From an uncultured virus (IMG/VR IMGVR_UViG_3300029258_002844) (taxonomy: Duplodnaviria; Heunggongvirae; Uroviricota; Caudoviricetes): a DNA stretch of 64,000 bases. Positions 56,708 through 64,000 of this stretch are shown here, piece by piece; position 1 is the stretch's first letter, and every line of letters begins with the position of its first letter. The stretch is from IMG/VR virus record IMGVR_UViG_3300029258_002844, one strand, 5' to 3'. The position numbers and the translations under genes were made by a program. Under the pieces are notes generated by a model. The model was not told where the DNA came from, did not search any database, and worked only from the letters and a program-made list of their open reading frames with translations.

Positions 56708-57558
56708 CCTATCACTGCCACATTACGAGGAATGAAAACAGGGTCCTTTCGCTTGAATTCAGAGGATAGATGCCGTTTAATAACAGGATGGTTCTCGTCA
56801 ACGTCCTTGTTGTGCATAAATGCAATCAACATTCTGTCAACATCACCATACGTAGGAGCACCCAACTGATCCAAATCTGATTCTGTAATTCCAAGGTCAT
56901 CGGTTGGTACAGCATCAATACAAGATTGGATTGTTTGCACAATTCTAGTCTCGTTGAGTTGAGCATACATATCTCGAACGTATCCTGAGAGACCATAAAC
57001 TTCAGACTTCCAAAGAAATTGGAGTGGTCCGAAATTTCCGACATCACCATGTAAGGTCCAGAACCCAAGAAGATACTCGGTAAAATTGTCAGTACTGACA
57101 ACAATTCCTCTTGATTCATGAGCCATATCAAAAAGATACATCATCCGAAAACGAGCTTTGATATTACCCCTTCGGATAAGTTCTTCAAAGGTGAGTGGCA
57201 TGTCCCGACGAAAGTGAAGATCATATTTTGGCCAAACTTCTCTAACGTAGGCTTGAAAACCGGCGTCCAAGGCGGAGAAAGTACATTCGTCGCAAAAGGA
57301 TTCACCAACAGCCATAGCTCGAGAAATTGCATCTGGATTGGATTCAATACCCAAACATTTCCCAATGAGTTTTATTCCGCCCAAACGATCGACTACAACT
57401 CTTGCAAGAGCAGCAGTCAACATAGAATCAACACCGCCCGAAAGGCCAATGACCATACTCTTCCGATCCTGACATTTAAACCGTATATGGGATTCCCATG
57501 CAACGATGATGTTGTTATAAATCTGTTTGTGGTCGGTAGTTATTGTATACCTTGTCAT
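56695..57558 (-). CDS. nadE: NH3-dependent NAD+ synthetase
   Basis: IGLSGGVDS, GNIKAR.RM, TDN.TE..LGFWT.HGD, KSEV, PT. Confidence 0.9.
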   Translation of the reverse strand: MTRYTITTDHKQIYNNIIVAWESHIRFKCQDRKSMVIGLSGGVDSMLTAALARVVVDRLGGIKLIGKCLGIESNPDAISRAMAVGESFCDECTFSALDAGFQAYVREVWPKYDLHFRRDMPLTFEELIRRGNIKARFRMMYLFDMAHESRGIVVSTDNFTEYLLGFWTLHGDVGNFGPLQFLWKSEVYGLSGYVRDMYAQLNETRIVQTIQSCIDAVPTDDLGITESDLDQLGAPTYGDVDRMLIAFMHNKDVDENHPVIKRHLSSEFKRKDPVFIPRNVAVIGCTR

Positions 57559-58766
57559 TATCTTTTCCCTTCCTCAATGAGAAATACCTGCTTTAAATAC
57601 CGCAGGTGGGATTCATCATCACACATTCCCTTACCAGGTGAATCGGATATCTTCGCGACCGGTTTCATTGGTTTTCTAGAATCTAATGTACACCTTACCA
57701 GTTTTATGACAATTCTGGGTGCTTCTATTCCCAGATCATTTGTGTAATTAGTCCCGATACCAAACCCAGTCTGGATCATAGCTCGGAAATATTTGTATAA
57801 ATCAACAGCCAACTGAAATGTCAGACCATCGGAAAATACACCCCTCTTGGTCATAGGGTTGATGCCAAGTCCCTGATAATGTTGGATTAATCTAGTTCCC
57901 CAATCATACGGGTCGCCCGAGTCATGTCTTGCTCCTTCAAACAACATCGCCAGATATTTATTGAAGTCTCTAAGGAACGCTGTGAACCCAACAACATCAG
58001 AAAGAGCAATACCCAAATCACCCTGATAAACATCTGCCCAAGTGTGTAGCGCGTTGCTTTGGGATTCCGCCAACATACCAAATGCTTGGTGTGCTTGTAA
58101 CCACCAATGAGACATTGTGCCTTGAGGCGTCAACCCGTACTTCATGGCTAACATCATATTGGATGAACCAGCAAAGAATCGGTTTGCAGTTTCAATGGTC
58201 AATTCAATCAAACGATCATGCCAAGCAGGACTATAAGCTCTCCGAGTTCCAAAATCAGAAAACTTGAAACCATGATCATCACGATGAATATTCTTGTCAA
58301 TATAATCCACTTTCTCCAAGAACCTGTTCTTACCCTCTACCCACGGATATTCAGAGTCACCATTACAATAAATATGACTGATGATCCTGAGAATAGGAAC
58401 TTCAAACCATGCAACTGATGACATCGGTCCTATAGCAAGAATCGCAGGACACCCCATTGTATCCTGCGCAACACTTAAGAACTCACGATTGGGTTTGAAC
58501 AATCGCAAGTATTCCTGGAAGAAGGGTTGAAAGTATCGAATTCTGGATGTCCATGCAAGCTCCTTCTTATTGAGTTGGAGATCACAGAAATATCCAATCT
58601 CGTCTCGCAGGCGTGTCATTTGTTTCTTATCAAAAACCATTTTTCCACTTCGATCTTTGAAGATAAATTCGCCATGCGCGTTGGGGTATTTGAGCAACAT
58701 AGCTTGTACCATCGTGTAAATATACTGGTCTGTGTCCAGCAATGATGTAATGATCGGTTGACTCAT
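57558..58766 (-). CDS. pncB: Nicotinate phosphoribosyltransferase
   Basis: SLLDTD.Y, DFGTRR, GSSN, GTMSH, RHDSGDP, FSDGL, GIGT, KISDSPGK. Confidence 0.9.
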   Translation of the reverse strand: MSQPIITSLLDTDQYIYTMVQAMLLKYPNAHGEFIFKDRSGKMVFDKKQMTRLRDEIGYFCDLQLNKKELAWTSRIRYFQPFFQEYLRLFKPNREFLSVAQDTMGCPAILAIGPMSSVAWFEVPILRIISHIYCNGDSEYPWVEGKNRFLEKVDYIDKNIHRDDHGFKFSDFGTRRAYSPAWHDRLIELTIETANRFFAGSSNMMLAMKYGLTPQGTMSHWWLQAHQAFGMLAESQSNALHTWADVYQGDLGIALSDVVGFTAFLRDFNKYLAMLFEGARHDSGDPYDWGTRLIQHYQGLGINPMTKRGVFSDGLTFQLAVDLYKYFRAMIQTGFGIGTNYTNDLGIEAPRIVIKLVRCTLDSRKPMKPVAKISDSPGKGMCDDESHLRYLKQVFLIEEGKR

Positions 58767-58996
58767 ACTTCCCCCTTCTGCTTGAATAGAAACATTGTAT
58801 TAATAAAATACCCACAACTACTACAGTGATAAAAGTTCTTTCCTTTTTCTCTGTAACGGATCAGGTCAGTACCACACCGTTTACATTTTCCACCGTTCCA
58901 AGTCTTCTTGTCCTTGTAATAAAAGTAACTGATCGTATAAACGATTACAACAAGAACGACGCCCAGAATTACGTAGGCGGGATGTACGATTTCCAC
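58763..58996 (-). CDS. Small membrane zinc-ribbon protein
   Basis: TM helix + WNGGKC..CG...C..CG; resembles 22358-22585. Confidence 0.55.
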   Translation of the reverse strand: MEIVHPAYVILGVVLVVIVYTISYFYYKDKKTWNGGKCKRCGTDLIRYREKGKNFYHCSSCGYFINTMFLFKQKGEV

Positions 58997-59013
58997 GGGT
59001 CATTCCCCCTTCC

Positions 59014-59448
59014 TTATTTTAAATTCTCATAACCTGGTCTGTTTGGCTTCTCATCAAGTCTTTCCCACGGGAAGACGATCCAGTTCATTGTTTGATGTAC
59101 TGAAATAGTGGGTTTCCAGAAGTCTTTCTGATTGGGTTTCCAATAGAGTGCAGCTGTTAAAACCACTTCATGAAATTTCTCTGGAATCAAGCTCCGCATT
59201 GTTTTACCAGTATCCGTCAGATCATCAACAATCAAAAGACGTTGCGGTTTAACGATATGGAGTTTGTCGAGAGATATGTATTCAATCTCCAATTGTTTGG
59301 CTAGAACTCCAGCCACAAATACACCACCAACAGGTGGACCATAGACATGAGTTACTGGTAGTCTTGCATATTTGATTTTATCTACCAGTTCTTTCATCAA
59401 ATTACCAAATTCTTCCCACGATAGTATTACTTTTCCTGGTTTGCTCAA
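59014..59448 (-). CDS. Type I phosphoribosyltransferase (Gpt-like)
   Basis: LIVDDLTDTGKT, WIVFPWE. Confidence 0.8.
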   Translation of the reverse strand: MSKPGKVILSWEEFGNLMKELVDKIKYARLPVTHVYGPPVGGVFVAGVLAKQLEIEYISLDKLHIVKPQRLLIVDDLTDTGKTMRSLIPEKFHEVVLTAALYWKPNQKDFWKPTISVHQTMNWIVFPWERLDEKPNRPGYENLK

Positions 59449-59457
59449 TGTGCTCTC

Positions 59458-61149
59458 CTATTTCTTTACCATCTTGTAAACAGTTTTACCTTGGAAAAAT
59501 CTGACACCTTGAGGACCTTTACAAAGACGCATCGTTGCATTGATCTCTGGATCATCGAATTTATCCACTTCCGGCCTGGTCGGATTTGATCTGAATAATT
59601 CAAGGGTGTCATCCGACATTATTGCAATCCCGATACCATTGTCAAGCACCACAAAGTTTGGTTCTTGGAGATCTACATCCTCAACCAATCTATGTTGATA
59701 ATCTTTATAATCGTTTCCAAAACGGATAATATGTAAGTCATATCGGGAATCTTTATACCCAGTTAACATTACCACCCCATTGTCAAATTTCGCGTTGACA
59801 ACTTTGTATTCGGCTAGTTCTGATATCTCCTTCTCGATGTATTTTGTTTTCTCACCCTGTTTTGGAATAGGAATGACCAAGTAGGGTTTTCCCATAATTT
59901 GTTGATATATCACACCGTCAAACACCTCATGGGTTGTAGGCATAATTGACCAAGAAGAATCTATCGAGATCATGACTTTTCCTACCATATCATTAAAACC
60001 AATCTCTGTGAGACTTCCCCCATATGTGATAAATAAAGAATTCCCAACAACCATCATGCCAGTTGCACGCATGACTTGATACATAAGTTTAATACTTTGG
60101 TCTAGGATCTTTAAGTGTAGATTACCGTTTTGAACCTTAACCAAAATATCAGTTAGATTTGTATTGGTTATAATGACATCAACTCCAGGATTGACTTTGT
60201 AATTAACATTATCAATCCACACTTCGCTTTGTGTTTTCACAATACTCTTGCCAAAAACATGTCTATGTGCAACAATCTTAGAATCATATTCTTTAACACG
60301 AGTAATTTGAAAGTTGTTTGTGCTCTGAATCATTGTAATTTCCACAAGAGCCATTGTGATTGTTCCTGGTAATAACGGTGGCTTGCTCCGTTTTCCTTTC
60401 TCAAACAAATCAATATACCACTCCTTGTAATGAGGCGGGATCATACTAAAGTCCCTAACAGAACCAGGAAGCCGAACATCTGAGTTGAAGATGGAGACAT
60501 GAGATTTCATTCGTCCTTCTAAATCTCCCTTTTTGAAATCTTTATGCCTCCCTCGAAACGGATGTATACCTGTGAAGAGATAACAGGTTAGAATAGCAAA
60601 AGAAAACCAATCCGTCAATTCAGTAAACTTATTACATGTCCAATCTCGAACATTCGGACTGATTGCTGTTGCTGGATAACTTGGGGTTTGCCAGCTATTG
60701 ATGTCAATAAAATATGGAACCACCCAAGAGGAATCCACGATCACGTTATACTCATTCAAATCAACAATCAAACAACCGGTATCATGAATATTGTTAACAA
60801 CTACCTTCTTAGCTTCTACAAGTTCAACTAAGTGAGTAGGTGTTATACCATTATCGTTTTGAAAACCGGTAGTAAAGAGTTTGACTAAAGAATGTCCCTT
60901 GGCTAGATCCATTGTAAAACCTATGGGTCTTTTCTTGACATCTAAGATAACATCTTTAGGTTTCATGACATTAGGAATATTAATCCTTTGTAACTCAACC
61001 AACTTTTGTTCAGCAATCATGTTATGTGGAGAATGATAGACCTTGAAAACAGTATTTCCTTGGATCCATGCTTTGGCTTCTCCACCAGCCTTAAAGTCAT
61101 TTGGATCCAGATCTATGGGAGTTATCGACCCCCGAACATAAACTTTCAT
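59458..61149 (-). CDS. Protein kinase-like protein (TerY-P triad type)
   Basis: GGEA, VFKVY, DLNEYN, IDINS, D.FSFA...F.G.HPF. Confidence 0.75.
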   Translation of the reverse strand: MKVYVRGSITPIDLDPNDFKAGGEAKAWIQGNTVFKVYHSPHNMIAEQKLVELQRINIPNVMKPKDVILDVKKRPIGFTMDLAKGHSLVKLFTTGFQNDNGITPTHLVELVEAKKVVVNNIHDTGCLIVDLNEYNVIVDSSWVVPYFIDINSWQTPSYPATAISPNVRDWTCNKFTELTDWFSFAILTCYLFTGIHPFRGRHKDFKKGDLEGRMKSHVSIFNSDVRLPGSVRDFSMIPPHYKEWYIDLFEKGKRSKPPLLPGTITMALVEITMIQSTNNFQITRVKEYDSKIVAHRHVFGKSIVKTQSEVWIDNVNYKVNPGVDVIITNTNLTDILVKVQNGNLHLKILDQSIKLMYQVMRATGMMVVGNSLFITYGGSLTEIGFNDMVGKVMISIDSSWSIMPTTHEVFDGVIYQQIMGKPYLVIPIPKQGEKTKYIEKEISELAEYKVVNAKFDNGVVMLTGYKDSRYDLHIIRFGNDYKDYQHRLVEDVDLQEPNFVVLDNGIGIAIMSDDTLELFRSNPTRPEVDKFDDPEINATMRLCKGPQGVRFFQGKTVYKMVKK

Positions 61150-61931
61150 TCTTCATCCTCCCTATGAAAGCCACCAATTGTTATGTCATCTTGGTGGTAT
61201 ATTTTTTTCTTGCCAAAGTTCTTGATTGCTCGAATCATCCGACGTTGTAGGAAATAGCCAGATGTTGTTTTAAACTTGACACACTCTCGGGCAATATCTA
61301 TTGTTGACGGTTTATGATCAAACGTATCAATACCATCTGATGCAATAACAATAGTTTTAAAATCATCCATCGTGTATGTCCAATGTATTGGATGATCAAA
61401 TTTATGATCCGAGTGTGTCGATGGACCACTCAACCTCTGAACAATTCCCTGCTCTTCATACATCTGGTATGCTTGAGGAGTTAGGTAGTAAGCCAGATAA
61501 AATGGCTTGTTGTTCAGTTTGCCGTCAATAAAAGAAATCTCTCTAAAAGAAAGAATGTGATCACTGTGTTCCAAGAACACATAACCATCTCCATATACGA
61601 ATATATGAAGTGTGTTATTGGCAAAATCATTAAAAATGATCATAAGGGTTGCAGCCAAACATTCGTCATTCAGAAATAACGAATTGGCCATAATCTTAGC
61701 TTGAGTGATAACCTTTTGTCCAAGGTCAAACCACTGCAAACTATTGATGGTTTCTCGCCATGTTTCAAGAACATCAGCAGCCGACAGACACAATATTCTT
61801 GCTCCTATATCTGTATTAGCACAACCAGAGCATCCGTCTGACAAAATTACATAATCAGGTCCAGACAGAATATAATCTTGACATATAAAATGGGACTTCC
61901 CGGTTGCAATAAATTTATCCAGTGTTATCAT
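61146..61931 (-). CDS. PP2C-family phosphatase
   Basis: G.SH..CQD, LSDGCSG, GDG, ASDG, DDIT. Confidence 0.85.
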   Translation of the reverse strand: MITLDKFIATGKSHFICQDYILSGPDYVILSDGCSGCANTDIGARILCLSAADVLETWRETINSLQWFDLGQKVITQAKIMANSLFLNDECLAATLMIIFNDFANNTLHIFVYGDGYVFLEHSDHILSFREISFIDGKLNNKPFYLAYYLTPQAYQMYEEQGIVQRLSGPSTHSDHKFDHPIHWTYTMDDFKTIVIASDGIDTFDHKPSTIDIARECVKFKTTSGYFLQRRMIRAIKNFGKKKIYHQDDITIGGFHREDEE

Positions 61932-62026
61932 TTGTTTCTCCCTTCAATAAACACACTTCAATAAACACACTTCAATGAGTAATATATATAGATATGAAAA
62001 ACAATCAAAATTAGATAGGTTGTAGA

Positions 62027-62058
62027 AACCGGACTCCCACTTTCGTAGGAGTCCGGTT
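62027..62058 (-). terminator. Hairpin after the vWA gene
   Basis: AACCGGACTCC...GGAGTCCGGTT. Confidence 0.55.
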
Positions 62059-62063
62059 GCCAG

Positions 62064-62837
62064 TTAGAACGTCATTTGGCTGGGACCACCCGAACCAATC
62101 TTTTTCGATGTATCGGATGTGATGCTGGAAACCTGAAGGATGATCTTCTTGATAGCATCTTCGGTAAAATCGTCCATGTCAACATACTCTGTGAGTTCGG
62201 CCTCCGCGTGAAATTCCGAAAGTTTTCGACTCACAATCTGTTTCCAGGTTGAGTTGCTGTTGCCGTCAGGGTTGACACCCACCAAAATAGTCCGAATGCT
62301 TTCAAGCGCTTCAGACCTCATTGCTTCGTCAACCTTCTCTTTGACATTAGCGGCTGTTGGATAGATACGGGAATCATTGTCATCACCATCCGTCAAAAAC
62401 ACGAGTATGGCATTGACATCATAATCCTTGGCATCAAGACGCTTGGCCTCAACGACAGTGGCATCCAAAGATGAACCAACAGCGTCAAACAACGCGGTGC
62501 CGCCATAACAACGTACAACATCATAGTCGGTGTCCTGGTTAATATCCATAAGGAGTTTGAAGCCATGGACTTCAACAATATCCTGACTTTCACTAAACAG
62601 GACAACCCGCCACAGAATGTTCCTGGCCGTGTCTTCCTTCTTCAGCTTCTCAACAATCTCTCTCATGATCCGGGTAAGATCATTTTCTCTTCCGGATAGA
62701 CTGCCGGTGACGTCAACAACCAACGTTCCTAACGTATAGTTTGTGGCGTCCAGTTTCTCGATAGCGGTGTTTGAGTATTTGAAACCTCCTTGGAGGTTTA
62801 TCATTTGACTGCCCGTGGTATCTGCTAATTTCGGCAT
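62064..62837 (-). CDS. vWA (TerY-like) protein
   Basis: VDVTGS, GGTALFDA, LTDGDDN. Confidence 0.8.
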   Translation of the reverse strand: MPKLADTTGSQMINLQGGFKYSNTAIEKLDATNYTLGTLVVDVTGSLSGRENDLTRIMREIVEKLKKEDTARNILWRVVLFSESQDIVEVHGFKLLMDINQDTDYDVVRCYGGTALFDAVGSSLDATVVEAKRLDAKDYDVNAILVFLTDGDDNDSRIYPTAANVKEKVDEAMRSEALESIRTILVGVNPDGNSNSTWKQIVSRKLSEFHAEAELTEYVDMDDFTEDAIKKIILQVSSITSDTSKKIGSGGPSQMTF

Positions 62838-62852
62838 TGTGTATTTCCTCCT

Positions 62853-63734
62853 TTATATCTTATCAGTAGACAATGCAGTGCGCATGCCGGCCGTGGTTGC
62901 CTCATCCATGAAACTGTCCGTAAAACTTTGGAACAAATTACCGGTAAATTCATTGTCTGGAATCGCCGACGTACAGTCCGTCAGCAATATGATTTTCTTG
63001 ACATTGTCGGGGTCGAAGTTTCGAATAATGTCCAACATGGTCTCCCGAACACAGAAATTCAGAGCCTCGCCGGCAAAGTAGATATTATCAAACCCCTGAA
63101 TCATACTGATAAAGGGTTTGTTCAGTGAGGTTGTCGGGTCTGTTGGATCAACGACTGCGGCCATCATTCCGGAGTAGTGCTCAGTCCAAGGATTAGAACC
63201 CTTAGTAACATGGGTCAAGGTGGCGACGAATTCGTTTCTCCAATCAATACATGCAGCAATAACATCCTCTTGGATTGCGGCACCAATGGTCCCGATCTGG
63301 CAATGAGGTGGCCAGATAGTCAATACATAACGACCACCATGTTCCAGAGCTTCCAGATATGCAATACCTTGTTGTTGGTGTTCTGGAACAGGACTGTTGA
63401 TTCGCCATATCCCATCCTTGGCATTCTGGGCGCTGATAGGTGTAAATGGTGCTGGGTGATTTCCATCCTTGTCAACCCACATGACCGGCGTGGCGATATG
63501 AAGGTCATGGCAATCATGTGTCAAACTGATCTCATCCAATACGGCACCGTTGTTTCTGATAAAGTTGACCAACCGGCCAGCATCTTCAGCAGCACCTGGA
63601 ACCGGAAGTGCAGGTTGGTCATGAATGATTTGGTTTCCAGAATACCCACTGGGATAAATTCCCTCTCTAACCTTGTCCATAAAATCATTTTGCATGTCCA
63701 CAATCACCAACGCATTCTTCTCTTTCTTTCCCAT
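62853..63734 (-). CDS. pncA: Nicotinamidase / isochorismatase family
   Basis: VDMQNDF, D.H..H, WPPHC, KG, GEALNFCV; AAGGAG RBS. Confidence 0.8.
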   Translation of the reverse strand: MGKKEKNALVIVDMQNDFMDKVREGIYPSGYSGNQIIHDQPALPVPGAAEDAGRLVNFIRNNGAVLDEISLTHDCHDLHIATPVMWVDKDGNHPAPFTPISAQNAKDGIWRINSPVPEHQQQGIAYLEALEHGGRYVLTIWPPHCQIGTIGAAIQEDVIAACIDWRNEFVATLTHVTKGSNPWTEHYSGMMAAVVDPTDPTTSLNKPFISMIQGFDNIYFAGEALNFCVRETMLDIIRNFDPDNVKKIILLTDCTSAIPDNEFTGNLFQSFTDSFMDEATTAGMRTALSTDKI

Positions 63735-64000
63735 TTTTTCGTTTCTCCTTTCACAGAACAAAAAAGATTTAGTGGTTGTCTATCTGTCCAGCCCTACTAT
63801 AAAAGTAGGACTGGACAAATAACTCTATTAGTTAGTTATATATATACCACCCTTTGATAAACCAAAATTTTACATTTTGCCTTTTCTAGCCTGCTTCCAT
63901 GAGACTATTACAAAGACAATGGTGCAGAGAGTAAATACTATAAATCTACACCAGAAACTATGGCATTCCATTGCCATCACACTCCTTGTTGTTGGACTTG

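Noticed and set aside
57118..57747. Plus-strand 209-aa ORF (also 63177-63857)
   Set aside because: Antisense to nadE/pncB and pncA, with no motifs.
61942..61975. Short 14-nt tandem repeat (CTTCAATAAACACA)
   Set aside because: About 2.4 copies in a leader; most likely a simple duplication.
1..64000. Genome-wide TAG recoding
   Set aside because: Conserved long genes are uninterrupted in code 11 and several end at TAG at the expected protein end.
1..64000. Archaeal virus (TATA-like motifs, archaeal-type ThyA)
   Set aside because: Bacterial-type tRNAs with encoded CCA, hairpin terminators, GroES, HD-GYP and a T4-like head module favour a bacteriophage; host not identifiable from sequence alone.

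Overview
A 64-kb segment of a large, AT-rich tailed bacteriophage genome with a T4-like head module. Bacterial Shine-Dalgarno sites are present and the long ORFs read in the standard code. (i) 1-29.4 kb is an accessory region with about 20 conventional-length tRNA genes (including an amber CUA suppressor), three tRNAs carrying large structured insertions, RNA-repair and translation genes (RtcB, HAD phosphatase, SpoU/TrmH, Pth2-like), metabolic genes (coaE, pyrE, pyrF), a probable Acb2/Tad1-like sponge and an HD-GYP protein. (ii) 29.5-45.4 kb covers replication and DNA modification: UDG-fused family B polymerase, QueE-like, TGT/DpdA-like, glycosyltransferase, thymidylate synthase, helicase. (iii) 45.5-55.1 kb holds head genes (portal, prohead protease, major capsid). 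(iv) 55.1-64 kb is a minus-strand block joining PncA/PncB/NadE NAD salvage with a vWA-PP2C-kinase triad. The main finding is at 13.07-18.5 kb: six non-coding elements share a covarying two-stem scaffold (GRACU-N9-UUAYMGU ... A-rich ... UA) and each carries a different cargo. Cargoes are one linear tRNA, three circularly permuted tRNAs that keep their anticodon loops, and two non-tRNA structures. They lie just upstream of a Ro60/TROVE-like vWA gene and an ARPP-like gene, suggesting a modular Y-RNA-like system. A second candidate system is an amber-interrupted leader ORF ending in RGPP, upstream of a Pth2-like gene and the amber suppressor tRNA. All calls come from manual motif reading; no searches were run.
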